From Eledone cirrhosa (lineage: Eukaryota): a stretch of DNA of 64,000 nt. Made by a program: the position numbers and the translations under genes. How positions within the stretch are numbered: the first letter of the stretch is position 1; every line of letters starts with the position of its first letter. Where the stretch lies: NCBI GenBank assembly GCA_964016885.1, contig OZ024740.1, positions 413,664,001-413,728,000 on the forward strand, given 5' to 3'. The notes beneath the pieces were generated by a model. The model saw only the letters and a list, made by a program, of their open reading frames with translations. It did no database searches and was not told the origin of the DNA. Positions 1 through 14,032 of the stretch are shown in pieces.

Positions 1-135
1 AAAATAAATATGGTTTTATAAATATAGTTTCCATTTGTTAATATATTGTATATTTATCCACACACTGTTGAGTGCTTTATATCAGTTATAAAAATGTGTA
101 TGTTTGTTGAATCCCAACAAATTAAATATAACCTC

Positions 136-259
<124 letters not shown>

Positions 260-633
260 GAGAGATTGATATAGATATATAAATAGTAGATATATATATA
301 TATATATATAGATATATTTCTTTTATTTGCCACAAGGGCATCAAAAGTGGGACAAGTACAATGGGGGGAGTTTACAAAACAAGGCGTCCTCAATAGGGAG
401 GAGGCAATAACAATATATAAAAATAAAATAAAATATAACAAAAAATAGAATTATAACAAAATCCTCAATAGAGGACTTTGTTATAAAATATAACAAAAAA
501 TAAAATTTATAACCAAATCCTCAATAGAGAGGAGGCACCTTGGGGGGTCGCACACACCCCCGAAAAAAGTGTGCAACCCTTTTCCTCAGGAGCACAGAGA
601 GGGGGTGCTCCCTCGTTCCTTCCTCTTTTCCAC

Positions 634-3600
634 CTACAGGCTCATGTAAAGAGAAGGCCCATTCACACGGGCCATTCTCGCCACTTTCACCCACCTTTCA
701 TAAAAACGACTGGGGTGCAGCACCTCTCTCTCCATCCTGATCCTTCTTCCGAAATGATATCGGAAGAAACGGACCAGTTGTTGGCCAGAGAGAAAGGTGC
801 CTGACCTCAGTCCTTTCAGACGCGTCCACCATACAACCTCTTTCGCCATGGCTATTACGCACAGAAACACCGCCTCTGCTTCATCTTTGAAGGGGGGAGG
901 CGGCTTGATCATTACAATAGACTCGGTGGTCAACCGGATCGGTCCCACCCTTGACAGCAGTTGTTCGACATAGCCCCACAGATCGGCTACGCCCGAGCAG
1001 TGTACCAATGCGTGTGCAACGGTTTCCTCGTCGCACACGCATCTGGGACAGATCTTTTTGGCGGGGTCCCTACCCGGGCGCCCGTGTCTGTAGAGCCTTT
1101 CTCGAACGGGTAAAGCTCCTCGGTAGCACTGCCAGGCCAGGGACTTCTGGAAGTTGTCCATAGGTCCCGGGCTGAATGTCCTACCGAACAGGCCGGCCAG
1201 TTCGTCCTCCTCCATGTCTAGGGCTTCTCCGAGGGCGTCGTCGCACCTGCTGCGTACCAGCCCTCTATAGAATGTTGCGGTGGAGTCTCCACTGATAACC
1301 GGATCCGCCTGCCAGAGGGTGGTGAGCGCCTGGGCACACTCAGTATGCCAGGCGCCCAGTTTTCTCGGTCTTTGCTTGACCCAGGATTGCAGCTCGGTGA
1401 ATGAGACGAGTCTGGGAAAGGTTCGTCTCACAAACGAGGCCCACACCGGTTGTCCGGTGAGGAATACGTAGAGGTGCCGTAGCCTTAATGCGTGTTTACG
1501 CATCATTAGCCACGGCATCCCCAGCCCTCCTTTCGAAGGGTGTTGACAGCAGATGGATCTCCTCACCATAGGAGCCCGCCTCTTCCAAAGGAATTGGAAG
1601 AGCGCGCGCTCCATCTTAGTGAGGGTTTCCCTTGGGCAGGGCACTACGGTCAGGCGGTAGTAGATGACGGACGCTATGTAGGTGCTCGCCACCTCCGCCC
1701 GACCTTTCAGGGATAGTTTGCAACTGGCCCACTTCTGGGTCAGTGCAAACACCCTGTTCGTAACCTCCGCCCAGTTTTTCTCCACCTGGAGGTCCGGTCC
1801 GAACCAGACCCGAGCAACTTCACCGGGCCCTCCGTCCAGCGTCCGACGACGCCATCGGAGGGCATCGGTCTGCCCCTCCACGTGCCGAGTTGCAAACCGA
1901 TCGACTTGTCCCGGTTCAGCTTAGCCCCTGTGAACTTTTCGTACTCCTCCAGTAAGGTGCCGACCGCCTCGATTTCGGAGGCCGTCGACACCATTACTGT
2001 CACGTCATCGGCGTAGGCCGACACCGCTTTCCGCAATCCCGGTTCCAAAGGGGTGCCCTGCAACAACTCCAACTTCCGCAGTAGTGGTTCGAGAGTCAAC
2101 ACATACAGAAGGGAGGAGAGAGGGTACCCTTGTCGGATGGACCGCGCGATTTTGAACGGCTCCGAGAGGTAGCCGTTCACCTTGACCCTAGAGCAGATGC
2201 GGCTGCTGTGCATAGCAGTGATCCAGCCCCTGAAAACGGGTCCGAAGCCTGCCGCCGCTAGCACCGCATCCAGGTAACCATGGTCGACCCTATCGAACGC
2301 CTTAGATTGATCCAAGTTGATCAGAGCCCCACCAAAGCCGGGTTCGTTCCCAACCCTCTCTATGATGTATCGCATGAGGTGGAGATTGTCATGGATGGAC
2401 CTGGACGGGATAGCGCATGTCTGCGCATCTCCCACCAGGTTGCCCACGACAAGCGCCAACCTCTTTGCTAGCACCTTGGCCAAAATCTGTAACTCTGTAT
2501 TTAGCAGAGTTATGGGCCTGAAGTTACTTATTTCGTCCCCCTTGTTCTCGTCCTTCCTCACTAGCGTGACTACGCCCTTGGTCACAGTACAGGGAATTCT
2601 CCCGTTCTGTTGCCAGTTGCAGTAGACCGCCTCGAGGAGATCGGGGAACAAGTCCGGCATAGCTAGATATAATTCGTAATGAAAACCATCGAGACCCGGG
2701 GATTTTCGTTTGCCGCATTGGCTCAGCACGTCCTCTATCTCAGCGGCCGAAATCGGCTCCTCGCAGGACTTCGCCTCCCTGTCCGAGAGGCGCGGCAGGC
2801 CGTCGAGGTATGGACCGAAGTCCACGTTCCCAATCGGCTCCCCGCCTCTCCCGAACAGTCGGGCAAAGTGCCTTTGAAAGGCCTCACACATCTGCTTAGG
2901 CTCAAGAATCGCCCGTCCATCCAGGTCTCGCAAAGACTGGATGGTGGATTTAGTTCCACTGTTGGCCTCTGTCACGCGGGCCCAGCTAACAGCTTTGGTC
3001 CCCTCGTTCCCTAGAGCACGTATTTTACTTCGGACAACGCAGCCTTCGTGCTTCGCGTCGAAAAACTGGCTCAAAGCCGTTCTCGACGCTAGCACTCTGG
3101 CCACGTCGCCGCTTCTAATTGCCTCTTCTACTCTATCTATTAGCTCCCTTTCCTTCCTATTCCTATCCGCAGCTAGAACCTTACTAAATTCTATCGAGAC
3201 TACTCTAATCTCTCTCTTTAGAGATACCCACCACCTGCTGTTGACGATCGCTCCAGTCAACCGTTCCTTAACTAACGTACTAATCCGATTCCTGTAAGCT
3301 CTACTTGCCGGCAAGGACAAGTTGAGCTTCCAGTAACCGGGGCCCTGTCTATGAGTTCTGTCAAGGTTGACCATGCAGGTCACTAATTTGTGGTCTGAAT
3401 AGCCAACCATGCGCATTTTTGGACAACTTAAAAAGTCCTTATCCTTAATTCTAACTAAGAACCTATCTAGGTACGACCTAGATGATCCGCTACGATTTGC
3501 CCAAGTCCAGGTTGGCGCAGTCGGAAAATCTAGTCGATATCTATCGGCCAGGTCAAATCGACCGATTAACCCTTTGAGGCTATTACACCCCTCTCTATCG

Positions 3601-4062
3601 GGGCAGGCCCCTACGTAGTCCCAGCGTGCATCTAGGATACCATTCCAGTCCCCCACTAATAGCAAGGAGCGGGACGTCCCTAGAAAAGTCTCCAGACGAT
3701 GGAAGAAGTCCGGCCGCATTGACCCGAAAGGGCCGTAGGCGGCTACCAACCTAAACTTTACCACTACCAAGGTCCAGAACCACTAGTCGACCCTCCGGGT
3801 CCAAATGTACCATCTGTGTTGCGAGACCCAGATGTTTTTGCAGCAGAACAACAACTCCACCCCCACCTCCTGGCTGACAGAGAGATGCGTGCATCTCAAA
3901 GTCATCAAAGGTGGGGGCCAGCTGTCGCACGTTGCTGATCCGGGCCTCGCAAATAACCATCACATCTATACGTTGTGACCTGAGGTCATTTAGAAGCATT
4001 GCTTGCTTCCAAGTTGAGCCCAGGCCACGCGCATTTAAACAGCCTACTCTTAGCATAGCCAT
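634..4062 (-). pseudogene. Tx1-like ORF2 (APE endonuclease + reverse transcriptase + zf-RVT), two frameshifts
   Basis: Pieces 3751..4086, 1740..3770 and 634..1881; motifs LNARGL, GDWNG, YSDH, SPGLDG, FRPITLLN, LDQSKAFDRVDH, RQGYPLS, AYADD, CPRC...HALVHC. Confidence 0.92.
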
Positions 4063-4086
4063 GTTGGTGGTGAAGAGAAAAGGCAC

Positions 4087-5801
4087 TTACCTCTCTGCGT
4101 CCCGGGTATCGGGCTGCACAATTTCCATTAGGGTGGGGGATGGGTTGTTGGCTGGGGTGGTGGTTTGTGGAAGTGTGGGGGCATCAGTGTGTTGTGTGGT
4201 TGGGGAGCTTGGAGTTGTGTGGGTGTTTGGGGGGGGATAGTTTTTTAGGAGGACGCGGTTAATGGGCCCGACGCAGGGGGGACCCACGTCCTCTTTAAAA
4301 TTGTTTTTTAAAGTTTTATAGGTGTCCTGTGGGGCCTTAATCATTTTGAGGTGGGGGAAATCCCCTGCCTGGGTGAAGTTAGGCCCTTGTGTTTTTATTA
4401 GATTGTTGTTGTACACAATGTTTAACAGTTTTTTGTTTCTTGTATTTATGTATGTGTATGCATGTTTTTGTTTTTGTGTGGTGTTTTTTGTTTGCTGTTG
4501 TTGTGAGCTCTTTTGTGTTGGTGTCAGTGTTATGTTTTGGGGAGGGTTTTTTTTCATTTGTGTGTCTGAGGTGTGTTTTCTTTTTTTTCTTTTGATTGTG
4601 TGGAAGTGCTCCTCCTCGTCTGACGACAAACTAGGGTCATCTTCCGCGTTGGAGGGGAGGGGTATATTTTCGGGTTGTGTTTGCTGTACGGGTGTTTTGG
4701 AAATTGTTTTTGTTTTTTGAGTGGAGGGGATGGGTTGGACATTGTTTTGTTTTGGTTTGAGCTGTGGTGGTTGTTTTTGTAGTGGTAGTTGTGGTGATTG
4801 TGCTGGTTGTGCAGTTGTTGGTGGTGTAGGCAGGATTGGGGTTTTCTTATTAAGTTGGGGACAGACAGCCCTCAGGTGACCTCTGGTTCCGCAGAGGTAA
4901 CACGAGGGCCGTCTACCCTCAACGGTAATGTTGATGAAGGTTAGATCATCCAGTATGACGCGTTCAGGGATCTGGGCGATCCTTTCGGGCCTCATTTGAA
5001 CTACAAGTTCGAGGCTCGTTCCACTGAACGCGTCACCCGATGCCTTTCCCATGGACACCAGCATGTCATCCTCCAGGTCCAGAAAACCTGTCAAAACCCA
5101 CCATATGTCCATAATCGGCAGGATGGTGTGGATTTTTATTTTTTGTGTTCTTCTACCCATGTACGTAGGGTAGAAGGTGTATGCGGTGGATGTGATTGGT
5201 TTGATGGACAGTTTCACTGCTGTGTCCCTGTCCTTCATGAGAATGGATAGACACCCGTAGAGTCTATCCTTCTGAATGAAGGTGATGTCCTTCATGACGT
5301 CTTTTAAAACCAGCTCTATCTCGCTCTGTGATGGTTGGGCTGGTTTTTTACTTTTGTTCGAGATTGTCCTAAACATGACCGTGTTTAGGAGTCTCTGGCT
5401 TTTTAGTTCTGGGGGGGAATGGATTGTGAATGAACCATTTTTTCCGTACACTATATATTTTTTCGCATCCGCCAGTAGCTCCTTCGCTTTTGGCAGATAG
5501 TCGAGGGTTTTCCTTGTCGTCTCGGCGAAGGAGAATTTTGTTTGTTTGTGTTGTTGTTGTCGTTGGTGGTGTTGTTGTTGTCACCGTTATTGGTCTTGTT
5601 GTTGTTGTTATTTTTATTGTTATTGGTCTTGTTTTCGTCCGTCGCATTGTTGTTGTTGTTGCTGTTGCTGCTGGTTCTTTGGGTTGTTGCCATGGCAACG
5701 TCAAGTTGTCGGTTAACAGGTGGAGAGAATTCTTCCTCTGGCTGACCTTTCTTCTTGACCTCTGCTACTGTGACAGTGGCAGGGGGAAGCTGTAAGTTCA
5801 T
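4087..5801 (-). pseudogene. Tx1-like ORF1 (Asn-rich N-terminus, CCHC zinc knuckle, Pro/Thr/Gln-rich tail), frameshift near 5451
   Basis: EGRRPSCYLCGTRGHLRAVCPQ in 4087..5451; Asn-rich 5451..5801 piece parallels the N-termini of the other ORF1s. Confidence 0.85.
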
Positions 5802-5808
5802 CTTCCCC

Positions 5809-5843
<35 letters not shown>

Positions 5844-6876
5844 GTATGGATAGATAGCATAGACTCTAATAAAAGTTTGAAAATATTGTAATATCATATT
5901 CACATCTTATCGTAATCATCCGACTTTTTTGTTTAAAGTTAAATTAATTTTGCTATTTCATCTCAATTTAAATTAAGTAAACAAACGCATTTACAATAAC
6001 TTACGAACAGAACATTTTTTAGTTTATTATATTAGTGATTTTAATGTAATTTGTTTGGACATATAAACGTAAATATGGCAAATATCAATTACTACTGGAA
6101 CTTTCCAAGTTATAAGAACTGAATTGATCGAATCAATTTTTTATGCTTGACTTCATATTGGAAGGTTTTATAGAGCTAGTATTAAACAATAAATCATCGA
6201 TAACAATATTTCAAATCTATGAAATATAAATTTGGCATTATTCCGTTGAAAAGTCAAATAAAAGTGTTTCTTTAGATCAATTTATTATTTCTTAAAATAA
6301 ATTCCAGATGGTGGTCTTCTAGAATGTCAATAGTGGAAGAATAAAGATTTCTTATTTGGGAGAAATATCAAGTTCCGTTTCATTGGATACAATATCAATA
6401 ATACACCGATTAGTACTGAAACAATAACCTTCGTTAATCAAATTATATTTTAATCTGTAAGCTCCCACTGGGTGGTGAAAAACATAATGGGTAGAGCATC
6501 CCACAAACTTTCTGACAATATTTAACTGCGTTTTCTTTTTACATTAATTTTTCGAATCCCATTGAGACTTTTTACCCCTTTTGGTATCGTTAGTAAGTAC
6601 AGACTCAGTATAATTGATTATATACGTTTCACGGCAAAGCAGTTGTTATTTGTTCTTGTTTTCCACTTCAAACCACTGCTGTTTGTGGTTAAGCCGCAAT
6701 AAACAAAGGAAAAATTAAAAGGAAATAGGAACAATTCACATGCACACGACTAAGAAGCCGCTACCCGTGTATGAACAGAATATTTAATGATCCTGACCTC
6801 CTTCCGCTTTCACTAGTTACGTCGAGTCAGACATCTCTACATATGTCGTAAACGTTTTTTCTGTGGATTCGCTAAT

Positions 6877-6950
6877 AATTGTTTCTACTTTAGGCACAAG
6901 GCCAGCAATTATCCCAGTGTATTACTGGTACTTTATTTTATCGACCCCGT
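6877..6950. mobile_element. Short SINE/LINE-tail fragment (cephalopod-type)
   Basis: ...gcacaaggccagcaatt...ctggtactttattttatcgacccc resembles the abundant octopus SINE 3' motif as I recall it; not verified by search. Confidence 0.45.
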
Positions 6951-7349
6951 AACATATTCTTTTAAATATTTCATTTCTGATAAAAGTAAAATTCTATCTG
7001 CAGTGGGCTTTCAGAACTCCGACATTTCCTGGTTCAAGTAAGATTGTTTGAGTTTGTCTCTTACACGGATCACTGTTGTTAGTTCTTTAGAAGCTTTCTA
7101 ACAGAGCTGCTTTTGTTATTTTATATTTTATTTGAGTTCTTCTCATGCGAGGATGTGTTATGCATTGCTGTCCTGGTCCCTGCGTTGCCCCCGAAAGTCG
7201 GGGAGTGGTTCTTTAGACTTTTCCCATTTTCTATACCTTAATATGTATTAACATTTCAGCCACTTATATTTGCGATCGTATTATTTCCGTCATTACCCAA
7301 GATTCATGACAATAGGTAACGGTTGGTACGAATACCGAATTGAAGATAG

Positions 7350-7870
7350 CAAGTTTGTCATTTACACATACGCCCTTCTTCTGTTTACCGAATGCTGAAG
7401 CTGGTGCGTTGCTGCACAAGCTCCTAGAATTATTGCACTTAATTCAGCGTCCTGCCTTCTATCACTCGTGAACACGGCCCCGAGATACTTGAACTTCTCC
7501 ACCTGCTTCAGTAGAACTCCATTTACATGTAAAGTGCATTACGCAGGCTTCCTTGAGAGGACGTGTGTCTCAGTCTTCATTGCAACCATGCAGTACTCGG
7601 CGTCAAACCTATCTAGTGCAAGTCGGAAACCATCTTCTGTCGAGTTAAGTAACATAATGTCGTCTGCAAATACCAGCCGACTGATTCTACAGTTGCCACT
7701 CGTGATACCACTTCCAACCCGGCTGCGCATCCTATTCATGAAAGTAATGAACAGTAAAGGTGACAGTACACACCCTCGGCGAAGTCCGACTCCCACATTG
7801 AACAGTTTCGATTTAGCACCATTCATCGGAACACAATACTTGGGCATTCATATAGAGACATCAGGGTGAC
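7350..7870 (-). mobile_element. RTE-clade LINE RT fragment
   Basis: 7539..7847 encodes VGVGLRRGCVLSPLLF...LVFADDIMLL, continuing to KQVEKFKYLGAVF. Confidence 0.8.
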
Positions 7871-9128
7871 AAAAAGCTGTCTATTGATCCCATACTCTTG
7901 CAGAAACGTCTACAGCTGCTCCCGTGGATCGGATATATGTCTTTTCGAGGTCTGTTCCAAAAATCTAGTGTAATATTATAAGAGATAAGAAGGTTGTTGC
8001 TTCTAAAGTAAGAAGCAGACAATGTAGTCGCATACTCAGCTATAATGTACACAGTTAATATTAATAACACTTGCACAACCACGAATTATTATTTAGTAGT
8101 AAGATGACATTCCATTGCAACACTACAAATATCTATGTAATTGCTCGCAGCAGTGTCATTCGAATTTAACGAAGCCTTCTCTGTTTTCTAAATCCAGTAT
8201 TTGATGTGCTATTAATATGCCGTTCTCTGATAAAGTATAATGAGAGAATATAGAAATGCTATGAAATATAAATATTGTTCTCAGAAATAAGCAAAATTTC
8301 TGTTAATCAACATCTTTTACAGGTGTAAAAAAAATGTAAGGTTTTAAAAGCATTAACGACGTAACTGACGTCAAATACTAACAACCAAGAAACGAAATGT
8401 GTTGTTCAAGAAGTTGCCCTTGTCTGTGCGGGGATATATCGCAAGGAATGTAAATTAAAGGAATATAACATTTTCAGCAGTTAAGACTTCTCTGTCGCAA
8501 AGGTTAAGACTTCTCTGTCGCAAGAAATTTTAATACTTATGAATGTCATTTTACGTAATATTTCCATCATTCTTCGACGCTAGAGAAATGATATATCTAT
8601 TCATGATTCCCTTGCTCTTGAAAACCCCCAACATAACTTTATTCCTCCCGAATTCCTTTATATCTACAGCTTTAGCTATTTGAATTTATGTCTGTATATT
8701 ATTTCTGAAAGCGAATGCTTTCCACAACATCAGATTCACTTTCTTTAACAACGAATGCCCTGATATTCATTCCAGTGGTGACAGGGATTGATTCCTGAAT
8801 ATTTAATAAATCAAGCTATATTCGGGAGAAAATGTAATGTTTTCTTATCCGTAAACAGAAAATATTGTCTGTCGCCAAAGGAAATGTTGACTACAATGAC
8901 TGAGAATTTCATAAATGACATTGTAGAAAAATACATTTGATATATACAGAAGGTACTGGCAGATTAAGCTCTAAATCATAGAGTGTGGTCGGTCATTAAT
9001 GTCATACAGTATTAATGTGTGGATATATAGATAAGTGACATAAATTACATATTGAACAATTAATTAGGAAAGCAACGAATATTTAGATTAAAAGAGACAT
9101 TTGATTGACGCTACTACTTTACCTGACA

Positions 9129-9164
<36 letters not shown>

Positions 9165-9324
9165 TTAAGGATACTATTTATGGTTATGTATATACTAAAA
9201 CCTTTTATAGTTATATATATTTTATACCCTAAATAGTGAAAGACAGTAATTTATTACTATCTTATTACCAGTGAGATAAATAGCTGAATGTAACAACATC
9301 AGTTGTTTTACAGAGCAGTTATAT

Positions 9325-10060
9325 AGAGATTACATGAATCAAAGTTCTGTTTAAATCATTTATTTGCTTACAATTGTTTCTTGCAAACCGAGGTTTGGAG
9401 TCTTCGGAGCAATTATTCAGTGATTTTTAACATACTTGACCTCCTTTTCAACACAAGAGACATATAGAAACATATGTATATATTGACCCACAGTGGGTTG
9501 ACATCCATTATAATAATATAGCATGGTAATTTACATACAAAGATTACAGTCATATTAAAGGACAAAATTAAAGTTAAAATTAAAATTAAAATTAAAATTA
9601 ACAGATTTTACATGTAACCATCTGCCGCACTATAATCTTGTATAAATAGGACACGCGTGCATGCCACACGTGTGACTGTTGCATACACTGGCTACTCCAA
9701 ACTTTCCCCTTGCTTTATCTTAGTAAACTGCCAATGTTTTATTTTAATTTTAATTTTAATTTTAATTTTAATTTTAATTTTAATTTTAATTTTAATTTTA
9801 ATTTTAATTTTAACTTTAATTGCGTCCTTTAATATGACTGTAATCTTTGTATGTAAATTACCATGCTATATTATTATAATGGATGCCAACCCACTGTGGG
9901 TCAATATATACATGTTTCTATATGTCTCTTGTGTTGAAAAGGAGGTCAAGTATGTTAAAAATCACTGAATAATTGCTCCGAAGGCTCGAAACCTCGGTTT
10001 GGAAGAAACAATTGTAAGCAAATAAATGATTTAAACAGAACTTTGATTCATGTAATCTCT
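9325..10060. repeat. Foldback element: ~275-bp inverted arms with (TTAAAA)n inner ends and a ~140-bp spacer; variant HHR in each arm
   Basis: 9325..9600 is the reverse complement of ~9785..10060 with few mismatches. Confidence 0.92.
9364..9412 (-). ncRNA. Type I hammerhead ribozyme variant (core CCGAAGA)
   Basis: UUGCU-CCGAAGA-(CAAACC/GGUUUG stem II)-GAAAC-AAUU-GUA-AGCAA; mirror copy at 9973..10021 (+) has CCGAAGG. Confidence 0.6.
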
Positions 10061-10063
10061 CTC

Positions 10064-10149
<86 letters not shown>

Positions 10150-11073
10150 CATACCCCTATGTAGGTATGTAAATATGTGTGTATGTGCATGGGTGTGTAT
10201 ACGTATGATTATGTATGCGTGTGCTTGTGAGTATATAGGATTGTTTGTACGTGTGTGGACAAGATTATGTGTGCGTGCGTGGGTGGCATTAAGACAACAT
10301 CACATCTCGTCTAAGTGAACTTTAACTCTCTAGAAGCGAGAGAGAAGAGTTTTGATGTGAAGAAATATCGTAGACAAATATAGATGAAAGGAAAAGTAAA
10401 AAAAGAGTAGACCGTAGATAGAGGGGAGGGTGAAATAGAAAGTAGTATTGATGGAAGGAGAAATGAGATAGAGAAGCGTGTTGATGGGAAATGAGGTAGA
10501 AGAATTAGAGTGACATCTACTCACACAAAGCTACGCGGCTGAATGAAGAGGTAACAATCATCAAATATTATTTTACGCACACGCTTTAGTGAAATTAATT
10601 GTTATCTGCTAGATTGAAGACTTCACAAAGAAATCAGTTTCCAGTTAAATTCGCTAATTCAATGCCATTTAATAACTCACTGGGTCACATTTTTATTACA
10701 TACGATTTATCTTGCAAAACCGGCGTCTCTTTAGAGCAGGTAATACCAATAAGCAAAGAAAAGGGCATGGAAAAAGCAAATCAGTGTATAGTACATGATA
10801 AATAAAAGATATAAAAATTACTATGATTCAAAATGTACAATGATGAAGTATCAAATATATGTCAGAGTGATTGTGTCTCAGTTTACAGTAACCGTGGTAT
10901 TTCTACGGGGTCAGCTAGTAGTAGTTTTAAATCCAGAGTGTAGCGTAAATCAGGAGTCAAGAAAACAGGAAGAACAATGAAACTATCAAGACTACTATCT
11001 CAGATATTCTTTCGCAACAAATTTGTTTTAATTCTTCCCTTGAGCAATGTCTAAATGACGACGGTTGCTTTTT

Positions 11074-11104
<31 letters not shown>

Positions 11105-11108
<4 letters not shown>

Positions 11109-11292
11109 GTTTATCCTGAGTTGAATCGGGGGTAACCATAGTAAGTAAAGTACTCAATACTTAGCAGAGTATGAATATTTAATATAAAAATGGCTTCTAC
11201 AGCACTTGAACTGTTTCAGTTGAGAGAAATCATCAGGAAGCCTCCTGATGATTTTTTCCGAATGTAACAGTTCTGGTCCCGTAGAAACCATT
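11105..11292 (-). mobile_element. PLE-type terminal repeat fragment with degenerate HHR and short inverted copy
   Basis: CTGATGA...GAAACAGTTC on the minus strand, folded at aatcatcagga-agcc-tcctgatgatt; homologous to 17122..17400 and 23280..23600. Confidence 0.55.
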
Positions 11293-13696
11293 TCTATATT
11301 ATATATATATATATATATATATTATATAAAGTGAAGATGGGCATTGTTTGGTGTTCCCAACTTGCATGCTACACCGTTCATCCAATTTTCATGAAACCTC
11401 ACACATATATAAAACTCAACGCGTAGAGTGGAATAGGCTACTTAAAAATTTCCTAAAATCGATAATGGGGACCCCAGAAGCCAAAAATCGATATTTTCAA
11501 AAATCGATGAAACTCGACGCAAGTATGTATTTTGATTCGTGGATAAACGTGCGCTACATTAAATTTTCGAAAAATCGGTAATTGGTTCACCAGAGGCAAA
11601 AATCGATATTTACGAAATTTGTCCGATTCCAATGAAATTTGACGTAGGTATGTATTTTGATGCGGGGATTAACGTGGGATACTTGAAATTGTAAAAAGAA
11701 AATCGATAATCGGACCCCCAGAGGCAAAAATCCGGCAACCGAAAAACGCCATTCTTCTTGCTTACATTTGTCGCGACTCCCGCCATGCAAAAATGTTCAA
11801 TCTATCAGGATTATCTACCGTAAGTCTATTTAAATTAACGCTCACCATATTCAGCAAACCTTTTATGCCGATTCTTCCATTTCTTATATAAGGAATATCA
11901 ACACTATACCGCCGCGCATCATTCTGTATTGCACCCAGTCTTCTCAAGCGATCATCGAGCCTCCATGCGCTCCCTTCATTCCCGTGGTCCCACTACCGTA
12001 CCATAATGAGGCATCCGTCAAACTCTGCCCTCTCCCATCCCTGCACGCCGTCGACCTACTGCATCGTTGTGCATCAGCATGCGCATCTCTGCATTGTCAG
12101 CTGCAATTCATTCCTCGGCCCTTTCCATTGCTTGCCCTCCGTGGTCCCTAAGGACTGCCACGGCTCAACATGCCGAATCCCTGCCACCGTCCACCCCTGC
12201 TCATTTCCATTGCCTACTCTCCGGGAGAGCTCAAGACTTCCAGGCCTCACCAAGCCGCATCCCTGCCACCGTCAACCCCTGCCCTCTCCCTTCCCTACAC
12301 GCCGTCGTCCCACTGCATCGTCATGCTTCACCATGCCGCATTACTGCCCTGTCGGTCACCTCCCCTCCTCAGCCATTTTTTTGGCCTGCTCGCCGTGCTC
12401 ATTCAATACTGCCTTGACTAACTAATCCGCATCCCTGCCACCATCAAGTCCTTCCTTCTCCCTTCCCTGCACGCTGTCGTCCCACTGCATCGTCATGCCT
12501 CGCCATGCCGCATCCATGCTCTGTCAGCCACCATGCCCTCCCCTTTCCTCTCCCTTACCCGCACGACTTGGTCCTTCACGAGTGCCATGGTTCACCATGC
12601 GGAATCCCTGCAACCGTCAATCCCGGCCATCTCCCTTCCCTGCACGCCGTCGTCCCACTGCATCGTCATGCATCACCATGCCGCATCAATGCTCTGTCAG
12701 CCGCCATCCCCTCCTTGGCCCTTTCTTTTTCTGCACGCAGTGCTCCTTCAAGACTGCCATGGCTCACTATGCGGCATCCTTGCCACCGTCCACCCATGCC
12801 CTCTTCCTTGCCTGCTGGCCGTCGCCCCACTACATCTTCATGCCTCAGGATGCCGCCTCCATGCACCTTCAGCCACCATCCCCTCCTCGGCCCTTTCTTT
12901 TGCCTGACCGACGTGCTCCTTCAAGACTCCCATGGCTATCTATGCCGCATCAATTCCTTGCCACCCGCTTAAATGTCATCAGTATGGCTTATTGTTGCCT
13001 CATTTGATCACCGATTTTCGCAGGCTAAACACAATACCAACGTACACGATAGTCCATGGTAAATCTTTTTAATTACATGTTCTTGAGGCTGTTGCAAAGG
13101 GCAATAACCCTGGACGCAATTTTGATCAACTTTTTTTCACATATAGCAAATTTACCGGGACAGGTCTTTAGCTACTCAAATCTACTTCAGAGGTCACGCA
13201 TTCATGTAAAAAATCAATAAAACTGAAGCGGGGGTTCGACTTTGCGCAAAAAACAAGGCAAAGTTGCAGATGGGATAATTTTTTACAGTCCGATTTTCGT
13301 GAAAACTGTCGCAAATAATTCGTCCATTATGCCGCGATTCAGATAAAGTCCCTTTTATTTCTTGTTCTGCACATGTGAGCGCCAAAATTGTAAAAAAAAT
13401 ATAAAAAATTGAAAAAATCGACTTTTTCACCCTGCTTTAAAAATCAACTGAAATTTCAATTTCAAGTTAATTTGACTTCCGTCAGTCTTGCAAGGAACAA
13501 TTTCAACGATACACTCTGAACCTACAATTGATCCATTATTTATGCTCAATTACACACCTGCGTATACTAACCACTATTTTTTCCCTTGAGGTTCGAAGGT
13601 TTTTGCACCTGTGATGCGCGGGAAGTAATTTCAAACATTTTAACAACAGACCAAAGGTCGACTTACACCCCGGCAACGCCGGGTACTTCTGATAGT
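11293..13696 (+). mobile_element. Non-autonomous Helitron-like element
   Basis: 3' GC hairpin CCCGGC-AAC-GCCGGG (13669..13683) followed by GATAG|T (degenerate CTAG|T); 5' TC...TATATAAAG start; internal tandem repeats; no Rep/helicase ORF. Confidence 0.6.
12005..12965. repeat. C-rich ~175-bp tandem repeat, about 5 diverged units
   Basis: cgccgtcgtcccactgcatcgtcatgc-like motif at ~12046, 12300, 12472, 12645 and 12820. Confidence 0.85.
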
Positions 13697-13835
13697 ATAT
13701 ATATATATAAATAGATAGATAGATAGATATATATACACTCACACACACACACTAGCACGCACACATATACACACATTTACACATATATATACATATATAT
13801 ATACAAATATATATATATATACCTATATCTATACA

Positions 13836-13903
<68 letters not shown>

Positions 13904-13936
13904 GACACACACACACAAACACACACACACAAACAT

Positions 13937-14024
<88 letters not shown>

Positions 14025-14032
<8 letters not shown>

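Larger units (their letters stand above)
315..5810 (-). mobile_element. Tx1/L1-clade non-LTR retrotransposon, family A, near full length, decayed
   Basis: ORF1 with CCHC knuckle followed by ORF2 with APE endonuclease, RT and C-terminal CxxC...H...C zinc finger; 3' end CCCTTGTGGCAAATAAAAGAAAT running into (TA)/(GATA) microsatellite; similar microsatellite at the 5' side. Confidence 0.93.

Noticed and set aside
8480-8523. 21-bp tandem duplication gttaagacttctctgtcgcaa
   Set aside because: Simple local slippage with no supporting context
9740-9815. (TTTTAA)n as telomeric repeat
   Set aside because: Not TTAGGG; internal to a foldback element
12006-13007. Overlapping Pro/His/Cys-rich ORFs
   Set aside because: Open in all three frames because of the C-rich tandem repeat; no domain motif
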